Source: a virus (taxonomy: Duplodnaviria > Caudoviricetes). Taken from it: a DNA stretch of 64,000 bases. The position numbers were made by a program, and so were the translations under genes. Positions 8,937 through 18,410 of the stretch are shown piece by piece. Each line of letters begins with the position of its first letter. The first letter of the stretch is position 1. Under the pieces are notes generated by a model that searched no databases, was not told the origin of the DNA, and saw only the letters and a program-made list of their open reading frames with translations. Location of the stretch: positions 21,751-85,750 of the IMG/VR virus record IMGVR_UViG_3300014204_000011. One strand, 5' to 3'.

Positions 8937-9706
8937 TGCTTTATTTAAAGGTTGGTGAGAACAAATATATAAAGCTTGAAAGTCTTGAAAAGGCTAGAAG
9001 TCATAAATATGTAAGTAGAAAGCCTGATGGAAAGGGTGGGTGGAAATATTTTTATGCGGATAAAGATAATAAACCTTCGGTAAGAATGGCTAATTACAAT
9101 GACAAATCTTTAAGAATTTATAACAATTTTGAAGGTAATATTTTTAGTGAAAGGCATGGAATAATACAATCAACAAGTAAACAGTCTATCATTAAAAGTA
9201 TTGAAGTTGAAAAAGAAATTGTTAAGAATACAGATTTTGAAACCGGCGCAGCTTTTGACAAAAATGGGAAACTTCTAATAAAGAAAAAAGGTGTTTATGA
9301 TAAAGTTAATTTTGTAGATCCTGAATACAGAATAATAAATGGTTCGGAAATTTTTACACATAATCATCCAGAAGACAAATCTTTTAGTGATGACGATCTT
9401 ATTTTCGCTCTTGTTTTAGGCATTAAAGAAATGCGAATTATATCTCCCTTAAAAACATATTCTTTTAAAATTAGCCATAAAAATAAATCTAAAGATTTAC
9501 AAGAACTTTCTGATAATATAAAATATTATCAGAAAAAAATAATTCAACATCAAAAAATTATTCAATCTGAGAATAGTGATTTAATGAATCAAAATCCTGA
9601 TGAATATTTTTTAAAAAAAGATCATAAAGTGATAGAATCACTAAAGAATGATTCTAATTTTTTAAAACATTTTAACATAAATTACGAGGTAAAAAATAAT
9701 GAATGA
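8936..9706 (+). CDS. Leader-bearing protein with JAB/MPN-like domain
   Basis: 20-aa leader ending LEKA, then RSHKYVSRKPDGKGGWKYFY. ETG...HNHPEDKSFSDDD metal-binding motif. Confidence 0.75.
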   Translation: MLYLKVGENKYIKLESLEKARSHKYVSRKPDGKGGWKYFYADKDNKPSVRMANYNDKSLRIYNNFEGNIFSERHGIIQSTSKQSIIKSIEVEKEIVKNTDFETGAAFDKNGKLLIKKKGVYDKVNFVDPEYRIINGSEIFTHNHPEDKSFSDDDLIFALVLGIKEMRIISPLKTYSFKISHKNKSKDLQELSDNIKYYQKKIIQHQKIIQSENSDLMNQNPDEYFLKKDHKVIESLKNDSNFLKHFNINYEVKNNE

Positions 9707-9869
9707 TAATTTTTTTAATCCCATAAGTAAGGAAACGAAAGAAAAAGGTTTTTTTTCTTTAGGAGGTATGGAAAAAGATATAAAGAGGCAAGAAGAATTA
9801 AAGAATATAAACCTTAAAGATTTGGAAAAAGAAATAGAAGAACTGGAGAAGAGATTGGATCATGAATAA
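9699..9869 (+). CDS. 56-aa hypothetical coiled-coil peptide, missing from the ORF track
   Basis: GAGG RBS; MNDNFFNPISKETKEKGFF...LEKRLDHE; overlaps both neighbours. Confidence 0.55.
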   Translation: MNDNFFNPISKETKEKGFFSLGGMEKDIKRQEELKNINLKDLEKEIEELEKRLDHE

Positions 9870-10050
9870 TATTGAAATAAAAAATCCTGAAGTCCATATT
9901 GACGGATCTTCTAATAAATTATTTTATATTTTTGCAGATAAAGTCTTTAAAACAGGTAATAATCAAACCGAAAAAGAACAGCTAAAAGTTAAAATCAATA
10001 AATCAATACTTAATATCGAAGAAAAAAATATGCTATTAGGTTTTTTATGA
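9862..10050 (+). CDS. Hypothetical protein
   Basis: Overlapping operon organisation. Confidence 0.55.
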   Translation: MNNIEIKNPEVHIDGSSNKLFYIFADKVFKTGNNQTEKEQLKVKINKSILNIEEKNMLLGFL

Positions 10051-10325
10051 CAGATTTAGAGAGTAGAAATTATCGTAAAGTTTTTCATCCAAATGGAATG
10101 AGTATAGATACTATAGATATGAATGAATCTTTTAAATGGGAGAAATCTTGTGAATATAGTTTTTCTGAAAAATCAAAACTTATAACTAAGATATTAACAA
10201 AATATGGTATTGAGGATGAAATAATAGTTCAAAGATTAAAGAAATGTTTACCAAAAGGTAAAAATGAATTTTTATCTTATACAGATAATGAATACGAATC
10301 ATTAATAAAGGAGTTTAACTTATGA
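10047..10325 (+). CDS. Small protein, paralog of 14306..14611 (candidate immunity/partner)
   Basis: Shares SEKSK, R[LI]KKCLP, DNEY and KEFNL with the paralog. Confidence 0.7.
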   Translation: MTDLESRNYRKVFHPNGMSIDTIDMNESFKWEKSCEYSFSEKSKLITKILTKYGIEDEIIVQRLKKCLPKGKNEFLSYTDNEYESLIKEFNL

Positions 10326-13300
10326 AAACAAAAATAGACTTCTCGCTCTATACTCCTCAGATGTTGCGTGATCAGATTCAAGAAGAGCTTTTAAAAGTCG
10401 ATGATGCAAAGCAAGCGTCATACAATGCAATTGTTTTTCTCAATAATTTATATGGAGCAAAGAACATGCAGAAGGCAAAAGAACTTTCCAAACTTATAAA
10501 AAAACAAATTATTGATAAAACTGGTAAATCAACTACAGTTTATGTCAAACCCGAAGGATCTAAAACTGAATGGCTAAATAAATTCATTAGTTTCTTTGGA
10601 TTTAGTAATGCAGGTCAAGCTAATCAGCGTATTGAACAGGATTATAAAAAGCTTGAACTTGATAAAAAAGGCGTGACCTGGTCAGATTGGAAAAGTCATG
10701 TAAGTGAATATTTCAGCAATAAAGATAAATGGGACAGATTTTTTTCAGGTAAATCTTCAGAGAAAAAAGCTACAGAAAAAAAAGAAGATGCAAAAGCAAA
10801 GAAAGCTGAAAAGAAACCGGTTAAGCAGACTTTTAAATTATCTCTCATGAAAGTAGTTGCAGGATTGTACGGTAAAGCTCCGGAGAAGAAGAAAGAAGAA
10901 CCGGTAAAGGCGGTTGAAAAACCCATTGAAAAACCTATCGAAAAGCCAGTCGAAAACAATTTTGATACTATGCCAGAAACCGTTGCAGAACCTGAACCAG
11001 AACCAGTTAAAGAAGAGCCTGTTAAATCAGGTGAAGAAACTCTTCAGGGTAAATTCGATAGATGGAAAACAGGAGATTTAACAGGTGTTGAAGGTCATAA
11101 ATTTAATATGACTAAAACTATGATGGGTAAAGGTGGTCCTAAAACATTTTTTAATGAAATTATTATAGAGAAAATATCAAATGGATTTATGAGTTATGTT
11201 GATGCTGTAGGTGGTAGGGAAAGTTTTTCAGGTGGCATTTCTGAAAAAGGGTTTATTAATGATTTAAAAAATGGTTCGATGATTCCCGTAGGTCTGGAAA
11301 AAACCATTGATACCGGTAACGGATCTAAGATTGAAGCTGTTAAAGCCTACACTCCTGAACAGAGAAAAGAGGTTAATGCCGATGCTAAAGAAGCGGCGAG
11401 AGAGGGTTATTTTAACGAACGACCGGCTGAGATATTAAATGTCGGTAAAGATGTATGGGGTGCAGCTAGACATAATTATGATACTTATCAGCAAATGAAC
11501 GCTGATGTAAATCAAATGGAAAAAGAAGGAACTGCACAAGCATATGTAACAAAGAAGAACCTTTTCGGAGATTATGGACTTGCCAATAAAGATGAAAGAG
11601 TTGGCAAAGGTGAAACCGAATATAAGGTATTAGCAAGTTTTGTAATGAGAGAATATCTTTCTAAAATGCCTCCGAATAATCCTACAGATAGAGCAATGTA
11701 TATGGATTTTTGTCGTGCCATTTCAAGACTTGATCAAAATACAACTGATGCTAAAACATTTTATTTTGGTATGGCTGAGACTTTTGCTCAGATGTTTCCG
11801 ATAGAAGCACAAAAACCAGCCACTCCTGGACAGGGTATAAGCGTACTTGATATGATACCACAGAATAGAAAAGGTAAAAAACCTGAAGACATTATAGGCC
11901 CTGTTCTTACGGCTTTATTCTATTCACTGAATCAGCAGGCTAATCAGAGCCGGAACATATATTACGGTATGGATAAGAAAGAACGTAAGCAGATGGATGT
12001 AATGAGTGCAGCACTTCTAGCTGAAATCGGTAAGACTAATAAGACTTATAATGAACTTGAAGTTATGATTTTTGGAGAAACAAAACTATCCGGCATTAAA
12101 ATGAAAAAAGGTGATGCGGTTGTGTTTGCTGAAAATCTTGCTGATCATGTTTATGCTATAAGAATAGATTATGCTAGTGATGAAGATAAATTAAAGCATG
12201 ATGCTTTAATAAAAGAAATTAATAATATTGGAGCAGATGGTCATTTTCTATATCTTTCAAATAAAGAAAAAGAAAAGAAATTACCTGAACTCAATAAGAA
12301 ATATGGAACTAATTTTACTATGGATAAATCGTGGGAAGTTACGAAATATATAGATGAATTAGTAAGAGAAAAATCAGTTGAAGCTGCTAAATATAGAATA
12401 AGAACTAAAATTTTCCCAGAAGAAAAAGGACAGATTATAAAAGTTGGTAAAAGTGATATAGAGGTTGCATTCAAATTTCCTAATGGAACAATTAAAGGTT
12501 TTAGAATGAAACCAAGTGAATTAAAACCTGAGAATGTAGAATCTATTTCAAAAGACATAAAAAGGAAAGAGACACTAATATTGAATCTTGCCGTTGAAAA
12601 AAAAGTAATTCGTAAAGGTGGTAAAGATTTCTCAGGTCTTTCAATTACTGAACTTCAAAATAAACTTACCGAAGATTTTAAATTCAAAGCTATTCAGTAC
12701 GGAAACAGTGTACCAGATGACGAAAGACAGTATCATACACAATGGACTCTTGAATCAATGTCTGATCTTGAAGATATTACAGGCATACCATTAGAGCAAC
12801 TTACAGCACGGGGTAAACTTGGTATAGCTTTTGGAGCAAGAGGTAAGCCTATCCCTGGAATTGGAGCAGGTGCTTTAGCTCATTATGAACCTACAACTAA
12901 AATGATAAATATTACCCGTGCCAATGGTTACGGCAGTCTTGCTCATGAGTGGGCGCATTTCGCCGATAATATTTTATCACCAGATATGAATGATTATATT
13001 ACTATTCAGCCCAAAGCTATTGTAAAAGAAGTAAACTCTTCTAATATTAAAATAGGTTCGATTTATGAACACGAAACAAGGAAAGGTAAAAAGACAATTA
13101 CAGAAAGATACTATTATGATGGTAAAGATCCAGAATGGCCTTTTGCTAAATTAAATAATGGTCAGAGTGAACCCGATAGTAAATCAATGCACTCTAACTT
13201 TTATAAATTTAAAAACGGGCAATCTCTAAAAGTTTTAGAACCTGATAATTTACCTTTTATGGAGATAGCTTCTAAAATTGCAAGATTATCACAACAGTCT

Positions 13301-13678
13301 TTGCACGATCAAGCCAATAAGATCGATGATGGAATAAACAAAAAGCATATATTAGAAGATCCATATTTAAATGACAGAAAAGAATGTTTCGCCAGAGCTT
13401 TTGAAATATATATTGCAGATAAACTCAAAGAAAAGGGAAGAGTGAATACATATCTTGTAAGTCATAGAAAAACATTTGAACAGGATGGAGCTTCAATTTA
13501 TCCGCAGGGAACATTTAGAACCGAAATAAACAAAATGTTTGATGAGTTTTTTATAGAAATAAACAAAAATCAGGAGATGAAAAAAGCAATAGACAAATTA
13601 TTAAAACAGAATAAAAATGTTTATATAAAGAAACTCAATCCCATAACTCAAAAGCCCGAATACAGGAAGGTAAAGTGA
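10322..13678 (+). CDS. Large polyvalent protein with C-terminal LPD1-like metallopeptidase region
   Basis: AIQYGNSV, GKLGIAFGARG, AHYEP, GSLAHEWAHFAD (HEWAH 12944-12958), ECFARAFE, YPQG. MQKA at 10466-10477 and MKKA at 13577-13588. Confidence 0.85.
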   Translation: MKTKIDFSLYTPQMLRDQIQEELLKVDDAKQASYNAIVFLNNLYGAKNMQKAKELSKLIKKQIIDKTGKSTTVYVKPEGSKTEWLNKFISFFGFSNAGQANQRIEQDYKKLELDKKGVTWSDWKSHVSEYFSNKDKWDRFFSGKSSEKKATEKKEDAKAKKAEKKPVKQTFKLSLMKVVAGLYGKAPEKKKEEPVKAVEKPIEKPIEKPVENNFDTMPETVAEPEPEPVKEEPVKSGEETLQGKFDRWKTGDLTGVEGHKFNMTKTMMGKGGPKTFFNEIIIEKISNGFMSYVDAVGGRESFSGGISEKGFINDLKNGSMIPVGLEKTIDTGNGSKIEAVKAYTPEQRKEVNADAKEAAREGYFNERPAEILNVGKDVWGAARHNYDTYQQMNADVNQMEKEGTAQAYVTKKNLFGDYGLANKDERVGKGETEYKVLASFVMREYLSKMPPNNPTDRAMYMDFCRAISRLDQNTTDAKTFYFGMAETFAQMFPIEAQKPATPGQGISVLDMIPQNRKGKKPEDIIGPVLTALFYSLNQQANQSRNIYYGMDKKERKQMDVMSAALLAEIGKTNKTYNELEVMIFGETKLSGIKMKKGDAVVFAENLADHVYAIRIDYASDEDKLKHDALIKEINNIGADGHFLYLSNKEKEKKLPELNKKYGTNFTMDKSWEVTKYIDELVREKSVEAAKYRIRTKIFPEEKGQIIKVGKSDIEVAFKFPNGTIKGFRMKPSELKPENVESISKDIKRKETLILNLAVEKKVIRKGGKDFSGLSITELQNKLTEDFKFKAIQYGNSVPDDERQYHTQWTLESMSDLEDITGIPLEQLTARGKLGIAFGARGKPIPGIGAGALAHYEPTTKMINITRANGYGSLAHEWAHFADNILSPDMNDYITIQPKAIVKEVNSSNIKIGSIYEHETRKGKKTITERYYYDGKDPEWPFAKLNNGQSEPDSKSMHSNFYKFKNGQSLKVLEPDNLPFMEIASKIARLSQQSLHDQANKIDDGINKKHILEDPYLNDRKECFARAFEIYIADKLKEKGRVNTYLVSHRKTFEQDGASIYPQGTFRTEINKMFDEFFIEINKNQEMKKAIDKLLKQNKNVYIKKLNPITQKPEYRKVK

Positions 13679-14322
13679 CTAACAGACTTATAATTAAACT
13701 GGCTGATGGTCTTTATATAGATTTAAGTAAAGCCCGAAGTCATAAATATATCAGTCGCAAACCTGATGGTAAAGGAGGTTGGATTTATACTTATTATAAA
13801 AAACCTGTTGGAAATAGTTATGCTGTAAATTATAATGATATGAGAGATTTTGATTATGAAAAAGCAGTTCAAATATATAAAGATACAGAATCTATAAGAA
13901 ATATTAAAAATTATGAACATTCAAAAATATATGATAATAAAGGGATAGTGTTACTTTATAAAATATTTCCTAAAACTGGAGGGAGTTTTACTAATGAAGA
14001 ATTAAATAAAATTGAAAATTCAAAATTATTAATACATAATCATCCTTCAGGAGATTCTTTTTCCACAAAAGATATTCAGTTAATTATCGAAAAAAATATA
14101 AATGAAATTAGAGCCATAGGTCAAAAAGAAAAAACAAAAACTATTTTTTCTTTAAAATTGGAAAAACAAATTCCAATTGAATTAAAAAGAGATTTATTGA
14201 ATTACCATTTTAGCTTATGGAATATAAATAAAACAACTGGAGATAAATTTTTTGCTCATAAAACAATGCAAGATTTTATAAAAGTTTATGGAGAATATTT
14301 TAAATATGAAAGAATTAAATAA
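13675..14322 (+). CDS. Leader-bearing protein with JAB/MPN-like domain, paralog of 8936..9706
   Basis: GTG start. 20-aa leader ending LSKA, then RSHKYISRKPDGKGGWIYTY. YEH...HNHPSGDSFSTKD. Confidence 0.75.
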   Translation: MTNRLIIKLADGLYIDLSKARSHKYISRKPDGKGGWIYTYYKKPVGNSYAVNYNDMRDFDYEKAVQIYKDTESIRNIKNYEHSKIYDNKGIVLLYKIFPKTGGSFTNEELNKIENSKLLIHNHPSGDSFSTKDIQLIIEKNINEIRAIGQKEKTKTIFSLKLEKQIPIELKRDLLNYHFSLWNINKTTGDKFFAHKTMQDFIKVYGEYFKYERIK

Positions 14323-14611
14323 AAAAGATTTTAAAAGAAATAAAATTTATCATGAATTGTTTTATCCAAATTCGCCTTTAGGTTTAGATGGAGAAGAAAT
14401 GTCTTCTGAAAAATTTGCGGAAAAAATAAAATCTTCTAAAATATCTGAATCAGAAAAAAGTAAAATAATTAAAATATTGATACAAAATTATGATTTTATA
14501 GATAAAAATATATACAACAGAATAAAAAAATGTCTACCAAATGGATTTAATTCAATGTATTCAATAGAGGATAACGAATATTTTGAATTAAAAAAAGAGT
14601 TTAATTTATAA
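14306..14611 (+). CDS. Small protein, paralog of 10047..10325 (candidate immunity/partner)
   Basis: Overlaps the JAB gene end; GGAG RBS before ATG 14306 (14288 is an alternative start). Confidence 0.7.
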   Translation: MKELNKKDFKRNKIYHELFYPNSPLGLDGEEMSSEKFAEKIKSSKISESEKSKIIKILIQNYDFIDKNIYNRIKKCLPNGFNSMYSIEDNEYFELKKEFNL

Positions 14612-14652
14612 AAAAACATGAATATTATTAATAAAATGGAAGGTTAAATAAC

Positions 14653-17600
14653 ATGGCAAATAAAATATTTTTTAAAACAGTTGAAGGTAAATATGTATCA
14701 CTTGATAAAGCTTCAAATCCCGAAGATAAAGTTCGTAAGGTTATGGGTGAGTTTAAAAGAGGTACTTTACATTCCAGTTCCGGTCAAAAGGTAACTTCAA
14801 AAGACCAGGCTTTGGCAATCGCAATGTCGGAGAGTGGATTATCTAAACAAATGGTTGCTGATATTCTTATTGATTATGATGATATGGAAAAAGCAAGTCA
14901 GATAAAAGAAGGGATTAAAGTAGAAAAAGAACATATTCCTACTATGAAATATATTAAAGATAAGTTTGGAAAATATCATAAAATGGCTAATACTGAAGAT
15001 ATTGCCGAGCACATCGCCGGAGACCATCTTGAAGAGATAAAAGATTATTATACAAGATTACTTGAAATGGAAAAACAGGCTAAAGGCGATAAAAAAAGAC
15101 CTCAAATCGAAATTGATGTAATTAAATTTTTAATTGATAATCCGAATCCTGCGGATAGTAAAGTTCATACTTTTAGTGATAAAATAGGCATAGACACACA
15201 TAAACTTGAAGCGATATTCTATAAACTTGCTACTGAAAGAGCTGAAATGAGTAAAGACATGCAGAAAGCTAAGTCTGCAATAGGTACTACTGCAACTTGG
15301 GCTGACGGTAAACAATATCGTAAAGTAGCTGAAGGTCAATGGGAACAGGTTAAGGGTGACGGTAAAAGCCATAATGCTAAATTAGGTGGCGGAGCACATG
15401 GTTATGGCAAACACGATGTAAGTACAGCACCGAAGCTTCATAAGAGATTTATGGATTATCTACAGAACATGAGCCAGGAACATCGGGACATATTCAGAGG
15501 CGGTAAGTTTGATTTTGAAAAGAAAACATTTACAGCTATAGGCGGTAAAGTAGCTTTGCTTTGGAAAGATGATAAAGTTAATATTGTTAAGACTGATAAA
15601 ATGGATAAAGCCCGTGTGACCAAATATATAAAAAGAGTGCCGAAGCCGTCAGGTAAGGGTTATTATTATTTCTATACAAAGCAGCAGTTTAACCAGTATA
15701 AAGAGACTGGAAAAGTTCCTGAACAAGAAAAAGGCGATTCAGCTTTACAAAAGATATTCAAATTTTTAGGTGTTGATAATTGGATGGACGGTAGTAAAAA
15801 AATAGGTTCAATATACGAATCTAATAAAAGCTCTCTTCTTGAAAATAATGTCGATAAAAAGACTTTTGCTGAATACAGTGTAGAATACTTATCTAATAAG
15901 GAAAAATGGGATTCTCGTTTAAGTGGTGAGAAAAAAGAAAAGTCAGAGTCAAAGCCTAAGTCTGAACAGCCTAAATCTGAGAAAAAAGAGAGTGGTGATA
16001 AAAAAGAAGGTAAATGGAACATGGGTGTAATGCGAGCTATTGCAGGGATTTATGGAAGCGGAGAAATAAAGAAAATTGATACAGAAATGCCTATGCCTAC
16101 TACTCCCAACAAAAAAGATGATAAGAATAAAAAAGATAAGGAAGCCCCTAAAAAAGGTTTTGAAGATGAGCTAAATGAACGGGAAAAAGAAGGTAACAAT
16201 AAAACTTATACTAATAAGATAAAGCAATTACAAAATGAAATAAATAGTTTTTCCAAAACAGCTTCCGGAGGAAGTAAATATTCTCTTGATTCTAAAGGAA
16301 ATGAAGATTCTGGAGAAATGTCTATTCAATTAAAAGATAGTGTATCTGGTAAAATTATTCCTAATACACAAATAACTGGTAAAATTAAAGATTTTTTAAA
16401 TATTAAAAATCAATTGATTGAAAAAATGAAAGAAATAGACAGTAATGACAAATCCCCTGACAACTTCGATACTATGCCGGAGGGGGACGATATAGAAAAA
16501 GGCATAGAGGATTATTATAAAAAAATTACAGAAGAATTTAGTAATGAAAAACCTGATTTAAATAAAATCAAGAAAGTTGCTAAAGAAAAAGCTGATAAAA
16601 TAAATTCAATTATGAATAAAGAAATTTCTTTAGATACAGGCGGAATAGTTAAGTCAAATAAGAAGTTTATACTTGAAAAATATGATCCAAAAGAAGATAA
16701 AATGACTTTTAAAGATAATAACGGAAAAACTCAGGAAATAACTTTTTCTAAATTTGAAAAAGAAAATCCTAAATTTTTTAACAGTCAAAAACCCTCCGCA
16801 ACCGAAGCACTGAAAACTTTTACGATAGTAGATAATAATAATCCTGAAAGAACCGTAAAAGTGCAAGCTAAAGATGAAAATGAAGCTAAAGATAAAGGTG
16901 CTTCAGAACTTAAAACTACAAACATAAGAACTTATGAGTCAAGTAATAAAGTAGAAGCACTGAAAGATGAGTTGGGGAAGAAAAAGAGCGAGAGTAGAGA
17001 AAGAGAAATAACTGTTTTTGGTAAACAGCAAAAAGTTAAAACTAAGCCGATAGAATTAAACTTGGGATATGGTCATCCTTTTGAGATTGCTAAAAGAGAA
17101 TTTGGAAGTGGTCGCTCAGATTGGATTATTCTTGAAAGTAGTACGGGTTTAAAGGTTGGAGATGGCAAAACTCAAAAAGAGGCTATTAGTAACGCTGAAT
17201 CTATGATAAAAAATTATACTCCAACAGAGAATGAATTTAAAAAATTAATTGAAAAAAGTTTATCTTCCGAAAATGTTTTAAAACGTGAAAAAGAAATAGA
17301 AAAAAATAAAGAAATAGATAAAAAAGTTGAAAAAGATTTTGAAGATAAATCTGAAAAAGGCCAGTCCCAAATAAAGAAAAACGAAGAAGATGATAAGCGA
17401 AAACAGGTTCAAAAAGATAAATTAAATTCTTCAGATCCACAGAAAAAATATGATGCAATGAAGGAAGAAATTAGAGATTTTTCAGAAAGAAATAATATAT
17501 CTGAAAAAGAAATAACAAAAGAATGGATAAATGAAGAAAGAAAACGTTTTCAACAGGATATAAAAGATGCTTATAAGTATAAAAAACCGAAAGAAGCTGG

Positions 17601-18111
17601 AGTTTATAAAGTTGGATTAAAAGAACTTGATAATATTGAAAAATATCAAAAAGAAATGATTTCTTTAAAAGAAGAACTACTCGGCCCGAAAATGTTCAAA
17701 GCCCTGTCAAATCTAAGAGAAGAGTTAATGTTTAAAGCCCAAACTACAAAATATATTAAAAGAATACCCGATCCAAAAGGCAAGGGATATATTTACTTTT
17801 ACACACAAGATCAGGTTAAAGCATATCAGAAAGATGGAACTATACCAAATCAGCAGAAAAAGCCTAAGACTAAACCAGAACAAGGTGGTAAAACTAACAT
17901 AGAAAAGCTTAAAGAAACTACAAAAAAAATAGCCACTATTGTTGCTGATGCTTTAAGTGCTAAAGATGCGGTAAATCCTGCTGGACAGGCAGTAGAACAA
18001 GCCGGAGAAGATATAAACGAAAAGAACAAAATGAAAAAAAGACTTGAAGAAAAGCAAGTACCTGATAAAAAGAAACAAGTTAATAAACCGGAGGAAAAAC
18101 CGAAAAAGTGA
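14653..18111 (+). CDS. Large multi-module polyprotein (DUF6496-like, DUF5661-like, repeated KY modules), likely internal virion protein
   Basis: KVMGEFKRGTLHSSSGQKVTSKDQALAIAMSE; GIKVEKEH...DHLEEIKDYYTRL; IGTTATWADGKQYRKVAEGQW; two KYIKR.P.P.GKGY.YFYT modules; five or more [LM]xKA sites. Confidence 0.75.
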   Translation: MANKIFFKTVEGKYVSLDKASNPEDKVRKVMGEFKRGTLHSSSGQKVTSKDQALAIAMSESGLSKQMVADILIDYDDMEKASQIKEGIKVEKEHIPTMKYIKDKFGKYHKMANTEDIAEHIAGDHLEEIKDYYTRLLEMEKQAKGDKKRPQIEIDVIKFLIDNPNPADSKVHTFSDKIGIDTHKLEAIFYKLATERAEMSKDMQKAKSAIGTTATWADGKQYRKVAEGQWEQVKGDGKSHNAKLGGGAHGYGKHDVSTAPKLHKRFMDYLQNMSQEHRDIFRGGKFDFEKKTFTAIGGKVALLWKDDKVNIVKTDKMDKARVTKYIKRVPKPSGKGYYYFYTKQQFNQYKETGKVPEQEKGDSALQKIFKFLGVDNWMDGSKKIGSIYESNKSSLLENNVDKKTFAEYSVEYLSNKEKWDSRLSGEKKEKSESKPKSEQPKSEKKESGDKKEGKWNMGVMRAIAGIYGSGEIKKIDTEMPMPTTPNKKDDKNKKDKEAPKKGFEDELNEREKEGNNKTYTNKIKQLQNEINSFSKTASGGSKYSLDSKGNEDSGEMSIQLKDSVSGKIIPNTQITGKIKDFLNIKNQLIEKMKEIDSNDKSPDNFDTMPEGDDIEKGIEDYYKKITEEFSNEKPDLNKIKKVAKEKADKINSIMNKEISLDTGGIVKSNKKFILEKYDPKEDKMTFKDNNGKTQEITFSKFEKENPKFFNSQKPSATEALKTFTIVDNNNPERTVKVQAKDENEAKDKGASELKTTNIRTYESSNKVEALKDELGKKKSESREREITVFGKQQKVKTKPIELNLGYGHPFEIAKREFGSGRSDWIILESSTGLKVGDGKTQKEAISNAESMIKNYTPTENEFKKLIEKSLSSENVLKREKEIEKNKEIDKKVEKDFEDKSEKGQSQIKKNEEDDKRKQVQKDKLNSSDPQKKYDAMKEEIRDFSERNNISEKEITKEWINEERKRFQQDIKDAYKYKKPKEAGVYKVGLKELDNIEKYQKEMISLKEELLGPKMFKALSNLREELMFKAQTTKYIKRIPDPKGKGYIYFYTQDQVKAYQKDGTIPNQQKKPKTKPEQGGKTNIEKLKETTKKIATIVADALSAKDAVNPAGQAVEQAGEDINEKNKMKKRLEEKQVPDKKKQVNKPEEKPKK

Positions 18112-18302
18112 AAGAAAAGATAATTATAAAAGATGCGGTTAAAAGAAACTGCCCGTTTTGTGGTACTATGTATGCTTACGAAAATAAAGAATTAGGGCAG
18201 GTTGTATATAGAAATGTAGCTTTTATATTTATAGATAAAGCAAAAAGCATTGAAACTATAAAATGTAAACAGTGCGGAAATGTAGTAGCAATCAATACTT
18301 AA
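18108..18302 (+). CDS. Zinc-ribbon protein (possibly Com-like)
   Basis: CPFC...CKQC; GTG start overlaps the previous stop. Confidence 0.65.
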   Translation: MKEKIIIKDAVKRNCPFCGTMYAYENKELGQVVYRNVAFIFIDKAKSIETIKCKQCGNVVAINT

Positions 18303-18311
18303 AATTAAGAC

Positions 18312-18341
18312 TTGACAGATTTTATATTTTTGTTTTAGAAT
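18312..18341 (+). promoter_or_regulatory. Sigma70-like promoter for head genes
   Basis: TTGACA-N18-TAGAAT upstream of the prohead protease. Confidence 0.65.
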
Positions 18342-18410
18342 GTACTCTAAATAATAAACAAATAATCCAGCCGTTACAAGGAAATGTTTATTTCTCTAAA
18401 GAGAGGTAAA

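Noticed and set aside
10900-11030. EKPIEKPIEKPVE / EPEPEP repeats
   Set aside because: Low-complexity protein linker, not a DNA repeat element.
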